Below the pieces are notes generated by a model. The model had not been told where the DNA came from, did not search any database, and worked only from the letters and a program-made list of their open reading frames with translations. A program made the position numbers and the translations under genes. A stretch of 64,000 nucleotides of DNA from Macrostomum hystrix (lineage: Eukaryota > Animalia > Platyhelminthes), in contig CATNEN010000038.1 of NCBI GenBank assembly GCA_950097015.1, positions 2,790,001 to 2,854,000 of the forward strand, written 5' to 3'. Positions 33,030-47,200 of the stretch are shown here, in pieces (within the stretch, counting starts at the first letter, position 1; each line of letters begins with the position of its first letter).

Positions 33030-36000
33030 TAGTAGCCAGCTGAAGGATGGGCGGAGAGTAGCCAGCTTAAGGATGGAGGAGGGGCGGAGAGTAGCCAGCT
33101 GAAGGATGGGGGAGGGGCGGAAAGTAGCCAGCTGAAGGATGGAGGAGAGTAGCCAGCCGAAAGATGGAGGAGAGTAGCCAGCTGAAGGATGGGGGGAGGG
33201 GCGGAGAGAAGCCAGCTGAAGGATGGGGGGAGGGGCGGAGAGTAGCCAGCTGAAGGATTGAGGAGGGGCGGAGAGTAGCCAGCTGAAGGATTGAGGACGG
33301 GCGGAGAGTAGCCAGCTGAAGGAGGGGCGGAGAGTAGCCAGCTGAAGGATGGGCGGAGAGTAGCCAGCTGAAGGATGGAGGAGGGGCGGAGAGTAGCCAG
33401 CTGAAGGAGGGGCGGAGAGTAGCCAGCTGAAGGATGGACGGAGAGTAGCCAGCTGAAGGATGGGCGGAGAGTAGCCAGCTGAAGGATTGAGGAGGGGCGG
33501 AGAGTAGCCAGCTGAAGGAGGGGCGGAGAGTAGCCAGCTGAAGGATGGGCGGAGAGTAGCCAGCTGAAGGATGGGCGGAGAGTAGCCAGCTGAAGGATTG
33601 AGGAGGGGCGGAGAGTAGCCAGCTGAAGGAGGGGCGGAGAGTAGCCAGCTGAAGGATTGAGGAGGGGCGGAGAGTAGCCAGCTGAAGTAGGGGCGGAGAG
33701 TAGCCAGCTGAAGGATGGGCGGAGAGTAGCCAGCTGAAGTAGGGGCGGAGAGTAGCCAGCTTAAGGATTGAGGAGGGGCGGAGAGTAGCCAGCTGAAGTA
33801 GGGGCGGAGAGTAGCCAGCTGAAGGATGGGCGGAGAGTAGCCAGCTGAAGTAGGGGCTGAGAGTAGCCAGCTGAAGGATGGGCGGAGAGTAGCCAGCTTA
33901 AGGATGGAGGAGGGGCGGAGAGTAGCCAGCTTAAGGATGGAGGAGGGGCTGAGAGTAGCCAGCTGAAGGATGGGCGGAGAGTAGCCAGCTGAAGGATGGA
34001 GGAGGGGCGGAGAGTAGCCAGCTTAAGGATGGAGGAGGGGCTGCGGGTAGCCAGCTGAAGGATTGAGGAGGGGCGGAGTGTAGCCAGCTGAAGGATTGAG
34101 GAGGGGCGGAGAGTAGCCAGCTGAAGGATGGAGGAGGGGCGGAGAGTAGCCAGCTGAAGGATGGAGGAGGGGCGGAGTGTAGCCAGCTGAAGGATGGAGG
34201 AGGGGCGGAGTGTAGCCAGCTGAAGGATTGAGGAGGGGCGGAGAGTAGCCAGCTGAAGGATTGGGGAGGGGCGGAGAGTAGCCAGCTGAAGGATGGGCGG
34301 AGAGTAGCCAGCTTAAGGATGGAGGAGGGGCGGAGAGTAGCCAGCTGAAGGATGGAGGAGGGGCGGAGAGTAGCCAGCTGAAGGATGGGGGAGGGGCGGA
34401 GAGTAGCCAGCTGAAGGATGGGGGAGGGGCGGAGAGTAGCCAGCTTAAGGATGGAGGAGGGCGGAGAGTAGCCAGCTGAAGGATGGGGGAGGGGCGGAGA
34501 GTAGCCAGCTGAAGGATGGGGGAGGGGCGGAGAGTAGCCAGCTTAAGGATGGAGGAGGGCGGAGAGTAGCCAGCTGAAGGATGGGGGAGGGGCGGAGAGT
34601 AGCCAGCTGAAGGATGGGGGAGGGGCGGAGAGTAGCCAGCTTAAGGATGGAGGAGGGGCGGAGAGTAGCCAGCTGAAGGATGGAGGAGGGGCGGAGAGTA
34701 GCCAGCTGAAGGATGGGGGAGGGGCGGAGAGTAGCCAGCTGAAGGATGGGGGAGGGGCGGAGAGTAGCCAGCTTAAGGATGGAGGAGGGCGGAGAGTAGC
34801 CAGCTGAAGGATGGGGGAGGGGCGGAGAGTAGCCAGCTGAAGGATGGGGGAGGGGCGGAGAGTAGCCAGCTGAAGGATGGGGGAGGGGCGGAGAGTAGCC
34901 AGCTTAAGGATGGAGGAGGGCGGAGAGTAGCCAGCTGAAGGATGGGGGAGGGGCGGAGAGTAGCCAGCTGAAGGATGGGGGAGGGGCGGAGAGTAGCCAG
35001 CTGAAGGATGGGGGAGGGGCGGAGAGTAGCCAGCTGAAGGATGGGGGAGGGGCGGAGAGTAGCCAGCTGAAGGATGGAGGAGGGGCGGAGAGTAGCCAGC
35101 TGAAGGATGGGGGAGGGGCGGAGAGTAGCCAGCTGAAGGATGGGGGAGGGGCGGAGAGTAGCCAGCTGAAGGATGGGGGAGGGGCGGAGAGTAGCCAGCT
35201 GAAGGATGGGGGAGGGGCGGAGAGTAGCCAGCTTAAGGATGGAGGAGGGGCGGAGAGTAGCCAGCTGAAGGATGGAGGAGGGGCGGAGAGTAGCCAGCTG
35301 AAGGATGGGGGAGGGGCGGAGAGTAGCCAGCTGAAGGATGGAGGAGGGGCGGAGAGTAGCCAGCTGAAGGATGGGGGAGGGGCGGAGAGTAGCCAGCTTA
35401 AGGATGGAGGAGGGCGGAGAGTAGCCAGCTGAAGGATGGGCGGAGAGTAGCCAGCTGAAGGATGGAGGATGGGCGGAGAGTAGCCAGCTGAAGGATGGGG
35501 GAGGGGTGGAGAGTAGCCAGCTTAAGGATGGGCGGAGAGTAGCCAGCTGAAGGATGGGGGAGGGGTGGAGAGTAGCCAGCTGAAGGATGGGCGGAGAGTA
35601 GCCAGCTGAAGGATGGGCGGGGAGTAGCCAGCTGAAGGATGGGGGAGGGGTGGAGAGTAGCCAGCTGAAGGATGGGCGGAGAGTAGCCAGCTGAAGGATG
35701 GGCGGAGAGTAGCCAGCTGAAGGATGGGCGGAGAGTAGCCAGCTGAAGGATGGAGGATGGGCGGAGAGTAGCCAGCTGAAGGATGGAGGATGGGCGGAGA
35801 GTAGCCAGCTGAAGGATGGGCGGAGAGTAGCCAGCTGAAGGATGGGGGAGGGGTGGAGAGTAGCCAGCTGAAGGATGGGCGGAGAGTAGCCAGCTGAAGG
35901 ATGGGCGGAGAGTAGCCAGCTGAAGGATGGGCGGAGAGTAGCCAGCTGAAGGATGGGCGGAGAGTAGCCAGCTGAAGGATGGGCGGAGAGTAGCCAGCTG

Positions 36001-36036
36001 AAGGAGGGGCGGAGAGTAGCCAGCTGAAGGATGGAG
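33030..36036. repeat. 3-kb purine-rich 26-33-bp minisatellite upstream of MVP
   Basis: gagagtagccagctgaaggatgg(gggagg)ggcg units. Confidence 0.97.
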
Positions 36037-36698
36037 TAAAAATCCAATAGAGTTTTGTGTGAGTGCATGGACTCTATAAACATTAATCATGGCTGATTGA
36101 TGAGTAAAAGCAAGGGCCACTACGGCAGTTAGTACTTTAGTAGCCCTTGAATAACAGTTGAGAAATGCTATGAGCAACTCACAGCAGAAAATGTAGATCT
36201 CGCCTGGCTGTTTGCTGAAAGCAGTGAGCTGTGTTGTGGTGCTTAGGTAAGAGTTTAAATTGAGTTTCGACCCTCCACTAGGGGTAGACTATGTACTTTA
36301 TATCTAATGTACATTTGGGGCGTCACAGTACGCTCTGTCTTTCTGGACAGAGGGGCAGAATAAAGGGTCGATAATTGTCTGCCGTTGCCCTGCATCACGC
36401 TTGTCACCTTCTGATACCAGCCTGTCACTAAATGTACATAGCCCACGAGAGTAAGCCTCTTTAGAGGGAGAGAAAGATGAGCAATTTTTTACTTTTTTTC
36501 TGGGGGTTAGCAACATCTGACGGACTTCGTTATGCCAAACAATGACGTCTTTCCATATATTTTGTACTTGTACAGTTTCATTCATCAAGTGGTTATTTCT
36601 TGCTTTCAGAGTGTACGATGCGGCACACACGTTGTACAGTAATAATGAATGCATTCTAGTCAAAGCCCTAGTTGTGATGTACACTAGCTAGTTTCCTT

Positions 36699-36756
36699 CA
36701 GGGACTACTAAATACAAAAGTACTCGAGTACTCGAGCGAGTATTTAGTAGTCCCTA
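36699..36756. mobile_element. hAT-type mini-MITE (58 bp)
   Basis: cagggactactaaatac..gtatttagtagtcccta; flanks gtttcctt / tattcctt; same termini as 4792. Confidence 0.6.
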
Positions 36757-37406
36757 TATTCCTTATTATAGGCAGTTATACGCTTTTTAAACACTTAATT
36801 CGTCATCCTTCACAGGGCTTGTGTAGACCTGGGCTTTTCTTTACTTAGTAGAATACCTGGTAATTTTCTCAATCGAAATCTCGTAAATTTTTGTTAGCTC
36901 ACAAATTTTCACTAATATATGTGCAGATTAATCGATATTGCATTAATTAACTGCTGCATGCACAAGAACTACTAAAAACAGTACAGTCTAGTATTCCTTG
37001 TGCATGCATCTATTTGATCGAGGACGCAAAGTATAGTGACAGCTGCTGCAGAAACACCGTTGAGACCGAGCTCAGGGCGGCGGCGAGGGCAATCACGGGA
37101 TGCTGTCTCGGAACGCCGGCCTCACCGACCTGCTTCGCGAAATGGAAAAGCTCGGCCTGCCACCATGAACGGACGGACTCCTCGCCACTCTGCTGACGCC
37201 GGTAGGGCGCGACGAGACGTCCCACATTGGCCGGCTCGCTGCCCTTGAAATCCTGCTGGCTCGCCCGCCAGCGGCCCGCGAGAGCTGTTGACAGATGGCT
37301 CGGCTGCTGGCGGGATGGAGAAACACGGTGCAAGAGCCAGGTCTAGCACAGCTCCGGACAGGTCACTCCCCAGCCTTCAATAGCTAGGGCTCGACGCGAC
37401 GCTCGG

Positions 37407-37498
37407 CAAGGACCACCAGGAGTACTCCTAAAGAAGTCTAGAGAAGCCTTGAGAAGTCCAAAGAACTCCTAGGAGAAGTCTACTCCTAGTGGTCCTTG
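37407..37498. mobile_element. hAT-type mini-MITE (92 bp)
   Basis: caaggaccaccaggagta..tactcctagtggtccttg; no clean TSD. Confidence 0.55.
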
Positions 37499-38275
37499 GA
37501 TCGGGGCTGTGACCCGCCACCCGGAGGGACACAACCGGCCGTAATAAAAAACAAGTAGCGTAACACTGCTTAGTAAATTTTGTGCCTTTGGCAGGAAGAC
37601 GTTGGGTGTCAACTTTGAAGCCAAAGATATGGGCACCCAAGATCTGTAGCTCCATAGTCTTCTGAGCAGACTCAAAAGGCATTTGCCATTGTATTACATA
37701 TATTTATTGCACTTAAATGACTGCATTTTCGTTTGAAATTTAATAACTGCCGCCATTAATTCTAGACACTAGATTCCGGCACAAACACTTTTTCCACCCT
37801 TCGTTGTCCCCAATTCTGCTGAGGGTATGTTTGGAAAAACTTTCTGCCTTAAATTTTACTAACTGCCTTAATGAACCAATAGCAAAGATTATAAAAAATT
37901 AAACAAAACATTGTAAGTTAATTTAGCAAGCTACTTAGTGTTACATTTTACCGTTAAGCAATCGTTATACTTTGTTTTACATTTTAGATTTCTAGAGCTA
38001 AATTTTAAATGCCAGTTCATTTTTCTCCGAAAAGGCTATATTAGAGCTCTATATGATAAATGTATTTAATATATTGCTTACCATCTCGTCTCTAGGACTG
38101 CGCCTGAAATTTTGACGAAGCCAAATTTACATTCAATAAAAACTTTCTAGTAGTATAAGTTAACTTAGCGCTTTTTTTTGTTCTTCAAAATAAATGCTAG
38201 AATTGATGAATTAGTCATTAAATGGCCTTGCCATTACATTGTGCAAATGGGCTGATAACTAATTAAAATGACTTC

Positions 38276-41200
38276 ATGGGTGCGCAAAATACGAAAGCAG
38301 AGAAGCTAAGCAGGAAGAAAGCTAAAGGTATTGGCAACAACTATGCTTCTGGAAACAGTCTGTCAAATATAAGTCACAACAGCAGCTTAGCCCGCAGCAG
38401 CAGCACAAGTGAAGGTGAGTTAGCAATTTTGTAGCCTGCCTGTTTTCTTGCAATCACGAATGCCTAGTTATGTACATTTTACTTGGCTAGGTAGATCCAG
38501 CAGTCAAAATAATTTTCTTGATACAATATGAACATACTTTTAGACACTATAAGCTACCATCTATACGATAGTCTATACTTAGGCCTACTAACTTTACCAA
38601 GTTATCCTATAATATATGGCTATCCAGCTATAGCTACTATACTATACTATACTATACTACTCTACTATAGTATAATTATCTATTTGAGATTTAACCCTCC
38701 CTGTTAAACATGTTAAATCAATCACAGTTTATTAAAACTTGTATACAATGCAAAGATTTGTGATTTGTCATATGGGGCTACAAGCCTACAATTAACATGA
38801 TACCCAGTGTCAGGATTGTGTACTGGTGTAGGCTGGAATGAAATTGGTTTCCCTAGCTCCTGTACTCCAATGTATGCCAATGGACATATGTTGGACACTA
38901 AAATATGGCCAAGAAAAGTATAATCACATTACATATATAACAAACATAGGGACTATATGTTTCAAAAATGTGAACATAAACACAAATGTATAAAACACAA
39001 TTTTCATTAAAGTTTTCTGTTCATTTTTAGGAGCTTTTCTTTGATCAACATTTAGCAACTCAATTTTAATTTTGCAGACAGATACTAGCCTATGCTAAGC
39101 CAAACTTGAACTTGGTCATTTTTATGTATGGTTCATGGTTCTGGTTGGGACTTGGAACCTGGTTGTCCACCTCCACCTGCTGTCTTGGTGGCAAATGCGA
39201 AGCTATACACCAAGGGGTACACTAGGCCCCTCTGTACTCCAATTTGTACACCAATGTGTTATGCTAGATCCCTTCTGTATGTCAGAATTTTCAAGTGTAC
39301 ACTGTCTAGTAATAAGAAATTCAGGGCAGATGTACACAAGAGTGAGTTTAAGCCAGCATGCAATATCTGTTTAAGCATGTATACTCAGGTGCCAATCGAA
39401 TGGGCAGAATTGTGTCCTTGCTGGCTACAAGTCAAGTATTATCAATTATATGTGATTGCCTCTAGCTATCCTTCAATTATTATTTATTTATTGATATTAC
39501 AAGTCTATTAAACATGATAGAAAACAACTACAGACAAACAATATATAAATAATGCTAAACAAATCGCTACAAAAAAGACAATTATGTTAGCAAAACAAAC
39601 TTTTTTGCCATGTCTTTTATTAATGGCATCTTAAGTTTTTCAGTTATTCATATTTTTCTTACTTTTACATCTGCCCAAATTTAAATATTCAGATCACACC
39701 AGTTCTGCAATCTACACAATTATATATTTTCATTTGTCATTCATGTCATACCATACAAAATATTATTGCAAAATACTAAAGGGAATAAAACAGGAGTGAA
39801 AGTACTATATATTTTATATAAGCAAACTCATTTTCAGAGGTTAATAATTTGAAATTAAATAAACAAAAAATTATTTTATCAAACAAAATTACTTCAGTTT
39901 TCTATCTTGACAAGTAATTTTCTGGATTGTTTTTTGTCAAATTTGTGATATTTCTAATTTGTATTTTGGATAAAAGTTGAGATTGTGATTGTGTTCACAC
40001 CTGGCCCTAACAATACTTGTAATCATGGTAAATCTCTATCATGCTAGCTAGAATGAGGTAAATACATAGAAATTCTGGATCCTCCTTACTTATATCATAA
40101 GAATGAAGGCAATACTGTAGCTTAATATCATCATACTATGTTGTCTAATGTAGGTTTATGTAGGTAACAATGTAGGCTTATATTCCAAATATGTTAGGTG
40201 CTTACTGGTACTATCATAGCAATAGGCTAGCTATACAAACAAAAACATTTTGTTTTGCACACAACTGTAAGTGCAGCTAAATGGATTGTACTATACATTA
40301 GTTGTTGATTTGGCAATATGTAGCTATAAAATATTTTATGAACTTTATGTATGATAAATTTTGATATACAAGTATTAGTGATTAGTTCTATTATATATAA
40401 TAATAAAATTATACTGTCTGATTTTTATTCTGTCTGTAATTGTCCACATTATTTATATTGTCCACACCTAAATAAAAAACTTAGTTACTGTACAAATGCA
40501 TAATTTTAACAAAACTGTTTATCTCTGGTTGTGTTCTAGACTACCTTTATATTTATGACCTATGCATGTAGCTAGTTAACACTAAGAATGCCTCTTATCA
40601 TTTATTCATAGTAAAATATTGTCATGTGTCCACATGATCATGCTGAACAAGTTAGAATTATTTTTTACAGAATAACTGAAAGACTAAAACCATAAAACTC
40701 CTATACCACCGACATGACTCTACTGCTATCCTCTACTCTGTCAACCTGCTCCAATTTCCTGTTCAACTCCTCTGTCATCCTGTACAACTCCTCTGTCATC
40801 CTGTACAACTCCTCTGTCATCCTTTTCAACTCCTCTGTCATCCTTTTCAACTCCTCTATCATCCTGTACAACTCCTTTTCCATCCTGTACAACTCTGCTA
40901 ACATGTACAACTACTCTGCCATCCTGTACAACGCCTCTATCATTCTGTACTACTCCTCCGCCAACTCCTGTCCCCGCAGACGACTGGTCCATCAGCGCGG
41001 GCCAGTTGGAGTTCGCTGGCAACAACACTTGCTTCTCCTTCCTGCCCGAGACGGCGGCCCCGCTGCGCGAGAATGACACCCTGGTGGCCATCCACGACTT
41101 CAGCGCCACATCAGAGGGCTATTTAACAATACGCAAAGGCGAACAGTTGCGCTTTCGCGCCCTAAACGACTCCGGCGAATGGATGGAAGTTGAAAATCCG

Positions 41201-44200
41201 CTGCTTAGCGGGGCGGCCTCGCGCGGCTGGGTGCCGGCCAATTATGTCGTGCCGCCAACCAACATGGAATTGTTTGCCTGGTACCACGGACCAATCAGCC
41301 GCCGCACAGCCGAATACCTGCTAGGATCCGGCATTAATGGCAGCTTCTTAGTGCGCGACAGCGAATCAGAGCCAGGCCAGATGAGTGTCAGCCTGCGCTT
41401 CAACGGAGAAGTCTATCACTATAGGGTGTGCCGCAGCTCGGATGAGCCTGGCTCAGACACCGCCATGTACTACATAGCAGAGAGAGCGTTTCCCACAGTT
41501 TACCAGCTGGTGCAGCACCATGCGCGAAGTCCAGACGGCATCGTGTGCACTCTGCTCTACCCGGCGCCGAAGCGGCTCAGAGCGGCTGCATTTCGCGGCA
41601 CGGAGGACAGCTGGGAGGTGGACCGCACCGAGCTGACTATGAAGCAGAAGCTGGGCGCTGGCCAGTACGGCGACGTCTACTTGGCCGTCTGGAAGCGAAA
41701 CGCTGCCAACGCCACCGCGGCCTGTCCCACTGTAGCTGTCAAGACTATCAAGGTATGCTGCTGCCCTCCCCACCTTACCCATCTGATCTTGTCATCTGTC
41801 TACCAATCCTGTAATCTGTCTACCAATCCTGTAATCTGTCTACCAATCCTGTCATCTGTCTACCAATCCTGTTATCTGCCTACCAATCCTGTAATCTGTC
41901 TACCAATCCTGTCATCTGTCTACCAATCCTGTCATCTATCTACCAATCCTGTCATCTGTCTACCAATCCTGTCATCTGTCTACCAATCCTGTCATCTGCC
42001 TACCAATCCTGTCATCTATCTACCAATCCTGTCATCTGTCTACCAATCCTGTCATCTGTCTACCAATCCTGTCATCTGCCTACCAATCCTGTCATCTGCC
42101 TACCAATCCTGTCATCTGTCTACCAATCCTGTCATCTGCCTACCAATCCTGTAATCTGTCTACCAATCCTGTCATTTGCCTACCAATCCTGTCATCTGTC
42201 TACCAATCCTGTCATCTGCCTTACCAATCCTGTCATCTGCCTACCAATCCTGTCATCTGCCTTACCAATCCTGTCATCTGCCTACCAATCCTGTCATCTG
42301 CCTTACCAATCCTGTCATCTGCCTTACCAATCCTGTCATCTGCCTACCAATCCTGTAATCTGTCTACCAATCCTTTCATCTATCTACCAATCCTGTCATC
42401 TATCTACCAATCCTGTCATCTGTCTACCAATCCTGTCATCTGCCTTACCAATCCTGTCATCTGTCTACCAATCCTGTCATCTGCCTTACCAATCCTGTCA
42501 TCTGCCTACCAATCCTGTAATCTGTCTACCAATCCTGTAATCTGCCTACCAATCCTGTCATCTGCATACCAATCCTGTAATCTGTCTACCAATCCTTTCA
42601 TCTATCTACCAATCCTGTCATCTATCTACCAATCCTGTCATCTGTCTACCAATCCTGTCATCTGCCTTACCAATCCTGTCATCTGTCTACCAATCCTGTC
42701 ATCTGCCTTACCAATCCTGTCATCTGCCTACCAATCCTGTAATCTGTCTACCAATCCTGTAATCTGCCTACCAATCCTGTCATCTGCATACCAATCCTGT
42801 AATCTGTCTACCAATCCTGTCATCTGCCTACCAATCCTGTCATCTATCTACCCGTCCTGTCATCTATCTACCAATCCTGTCATCTCCCAATCTTGTTATC
42901 TGTGCCCCAGTATTCACATCCCATATTTTTGCATCGACATGTCGACTTCTTCTTATCACATCAGATTGTGAGCAACTTTTTCAGTGCTATGCTTGTTTCC
43001 ATTATAATAGTTTTGGCCATTCCTTGGCTTTGTGAGACAGTTGCTGGTCTCAATGGTTCTCTCCCATCCTCTGCCTCGGTGATAGAAAGTTACGTAACCG
43101 AAAATTTGTCACGCAATGCCACAGAAATTTGCCAGTTCAGATCGGTTGTTCCGATAAGCAGCAAATCTTTCCTATTCTCCGAATTGAACTCAAGTCCTTA
43201 ATTTTAGCTCTTATCCCGAAATCTGTCTCCGAACTGATTCTTGCAATATTTTTCTTACAGGAGGACATGGCTATGAAAGTGAACGAATTCTTAGCCGAAG
43301 CTCAAATGATGAAGAGAATGGAGCATCAGAACCTGGTTCAGCTGCTGGGTGAGTTGTATTCTCATTTAATGATCATTACACTGTTATGAAAATTGATTGC
43401 ATAGGACTGTGGGAAATCCTTTTGCAGTTATGAGCAATCCGATTGCAGTTATGAACTACCCGGTTGCAGTTATGAGCAATCCTTTTGCAGTTATGAGCAA
43501 TCCGATTGCAGTTATGAGCAATCCAATTGCAGTTATGAGCAATCCAATTGCAGTTATGAGCAATCCAATTGCAGTTATGAGCAATCCGGTTGCAGTTATG
43601 AACTACCCGGTTGCAGTTATAAACAATCCGGTTGCAGTTATGAGCAATCCGGTTGCAGTTATGAGCAATCCGATTGCAGTTATGAGCAATCCAATTGCAG
43701 TTATGAGCAATCCAATTGCAGTTATGAGCAATCCGGTTGCAGTTATGAACTATCCTGTTGCAGTTATGAACTATCCGGTTGCAGTTATGAGCAATCCAAT
43801 TGCAGTTATGAGCAATCCGGTTGCAGTTATGAACTATCCGGTTGCAGTTATGAACTATCCGGTTGCAGTTATGACAATCCGGTTGCAGTTATGAGCAATC
43901 CGGTTGCAGTTATGAGCAATCCGGTTGCAGTTATGAACTATCCGGTTGCAGTTATGAGCAATCCGGTTGCAGTTATGACAATCCGGTTGCAGTTATGAGC
44001 AATCCGGTTGCAGTTATGAACTATCCGGTTGCAGTTATGAACTATCCGGTTGCAGTTATGAACTATCCGGTTGCAGTTATGAACTATCCGGTTGCAGTTA
44101 TGAACTATCCGGTTGCAGTTATGAACTATCCGGTTGCAGTTATGAACTATCCGGTTGCAGTTATGAACTATCCGGTTGCAGTTATGAGCAATCCGGTTGC

Positions 44201-47200
44201 AGTTATGAACTATCCGGTTGCAGTTATGAGCAATCCGATTGCAGTTATGAGCAATCCGATTGCAGTTATGAGCAATCCAGTTGCTGTTATGAACTACCCG
44301 GTTGCAGTTATGAGCAATCCTTTTGCAGTTATGAGCAATCCGATTGCAGTTATGAGCAATCCAATTGCAGTTATGAGCAATCCAATTGCAGTTATGAGCA
44401 ATCCAATTGCAGTTATGAGCAATCCGGTTGCAGTTATGAACTATCCGGTTGCAGTTATGAACTACCCGGTTGCAGTTATAAACAATCCGGTTGCAGTTAT
44501 GAGCAATCCGGTTGCAGTTATGAGCAATCCGGTTGCAGTTATGAGCAATCCGGTTGCAGTTATGAACTACCCGGTTGCAGTTATGAGCAATCCGATTGCT
44601 GTTATGAACTATCCGGTTGCAGTTATGAACTACCCGGTTGCAGTTATAAACAATCCGGTTGCAGTTATGAGCAATCCGGTTGCAGTTATGAACTATCCGG
44701 TTGCAGTTATGAGCAATCCGGTTGCAGTTATGAGCAATCCGGTTGCAGTTATGAACTATCCGGTTGCAGTTATGAGCAATCCGGTTGCAGTTATGAGCAA
44801 TCCGGTTGCAGTTATGAACTATCCGGTTGCAGTTATGAACTACCCGGTTGCAGTTACAAACAATCCGGTTGCAGTTATGAGCAATCCGGTTGCAGTTATG
44901 AGCAATCCGATTGCAGTTATGAGCAATCCAATTGCAGTTATGAGCAATCCGGTTGCAGTTATGAGCAATCCGATTGCAGTTATGAGCAATCTGGTTGCAG
45001 TTATGAACTATCCGGTTGCAGTTATGAACTATCCGGTTGCAGTTATGAACTATCCGGTTGCAGTTATGACAATCCGGTTGCAGTTATGAACTATCCGGTT
45101 GCAGTTATGAACTATCCGGTTGCAGTTATGAACTATCCGGTTGCAGTTATGAACTATCCGGTTGCAGTTATGACAATCCGGTTGCAGTTATGAACTATCC
45201 GGTTGCAGTTATGAACTATCCGGTTGCAGTTATGAACTATCCGGTTGAGTTATGAACTATCCGGTTGCAGTTATGAACTATCCGGTTGCAGTTATGAACT
45301 ATCCGGTTGCAGTTATGAACTATCCGGTTGCAGTTATGAACTATCCGGTTGCAGTTATGAACTATCCGGTTGCAGTTATGAGCAATCCGGTTGCAGTTAT
45401 GAGCAATCCGGTTGCAGTTATGAACTATCCGGTTGCAGTTATAAACAATCCGGTTGCAGTTTTATCCCAACCCGCTAAACCCATCCCAGGAGTGTGCACC
45501 ACGGAGCCGCCGTTCTACATCATCACGGAGTACATGGCCCACGGCAGTCTGCTAGAATTCTTGCGCAATCATCGGCACGAGCTGCCGCCCTACACCCTGC
45601 TGTACATGGCCACCCAGATAGCCAACGGCATGGCCTACTTGGAGCAGCATTGCTTTGTGCACAGGGATTTAGCCGCTAGAAACTGTCTGGTTGGCGAAGG
45701 CTACGTTGTCAAAGTGGCCGACTTTGGCCTTACCAGATTATTGGACGGCGACAGTCCGTACGTGGCTCACCAGGGCGCCAAATTCCCAATCAAATGGACC
45801 GCTCCGGAGGGTCTAGCCTACAACCAGTTCAATACGCGCTCCGATGTTTGGTCGTTCGGCGTTCTGCTGTGGGAGATAGCCACCTACGGCTGTTCGCCTT
45901 ATCCTAGAGTTGAGCTCACCGAGGTCTACCAGCTACTGGAGAGCGGCTATCGGATGGACAAACCCGGTGTCTGCCCAGATAGTGTCTATCAGCTCATGCT
46001 GCGCTGCTGGCAATGGGACCCGGAAGTCCGCCCCGCCTTCGCCGAGCTGTACGCCAGTTTGAAAGCTATTCGAGATGCTCTCATTGATGAAAGTGAGTCT
46101 GGTGAGAGACGGTTGTCATGGCTGTCAGAGCATCAATTTAGGTAGGACAGGTGTGGCAGTTTAGGTGGGTCAGGATGTGTCAGTTTATGTGGGTCAGGGA
46201 TGGGTCAGGATATGTCAGTTTATGTGGGTCAGGGATGGGTCAGGATATGTCAGTTTATGTGGGTCAGGGATGTGTCAGTTTATGTGGGTCAGGGATGTGT
46301 CAGTTAAGGTGGGTCAGGGATGTGTCAGTTTAGGTGGGTCAGGGATGTGTCAGTTTAGGTGGATCAGGATTTGTCAGTTTAGGTGGGTCAGGATGTGTCA
46401 GTTTAGGTGGGTCAGGATGTGTCAGTTTAGGTGGGTCAGGATGTGTCAGTTTAGGTGGATCAGGATGTGTCAGTTTAGGTGGGTCAGGATGTGTCAGTTT
46501 AGGTGGATCAGGATGTGTCAGTTTAGTTGGATCAGGGATGTGTCAGTTAAGATGAGTCAGATGTGCTAGTTAAGGTGGGTCAGGGAGGTGTCAGTTAAGG
46601 TGGGTCAGGATGTGTCAGTTTAGTTGGATCAGGGATGTGTCAGTTAAGATGAGTCAGATGTGCTAGTTAAGGTGGGTCAGGGAGGTGTCAGTTAAGATGA
46701 GTCAGATGTGCTAGTTAAGGTGGGTCAGGGAGGTGTCAGTTAAGGTGGGTCAGGATGTGTCGGTTAAGATGAGTCAGATGTGCTAGTTAAGGTGGATCAG
46801 GGTGTCCAAAGTAAGCTTACGTGCTCCTCGCACTCTTCCCAACCAACAGTTCCTTCTGCGCAGTCCTCCTTGCCCGACATGTCGCCAGCGGCGGCCTCTG
46901 CGCCAGTGCCACTGCGCCCGCCTCCTAGAGCCGTTCGCAGCCACAGTATGGAACAGATGCAGCAGCAGCAGCAGCAGCAGCCGCAGCCGCAGAAGCAATG
47001 GGACAATCATCGCTATCAGCATCAGCATCACAGGAGCAGTAGCGGCATGCCAGCGGAAGAGGATAGTCCGCCGCCTCCGCCTCCGCCGCCCGAAATGACA
47101 GGAGCATCAGCAGCAGCAGCCTCAGTAGCCGTACCCAGTCGGAAGGCACCGGCACCACCGCGACGCACAACACCAATCAAAGAGGCACCGCAAAGTCAGC

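Noticed and set aside
36255-36684. Minus-strand 126-aa ORF upstream of the MVP array
   Set aside because: No recognisable domain or phase-consistent splice partner.
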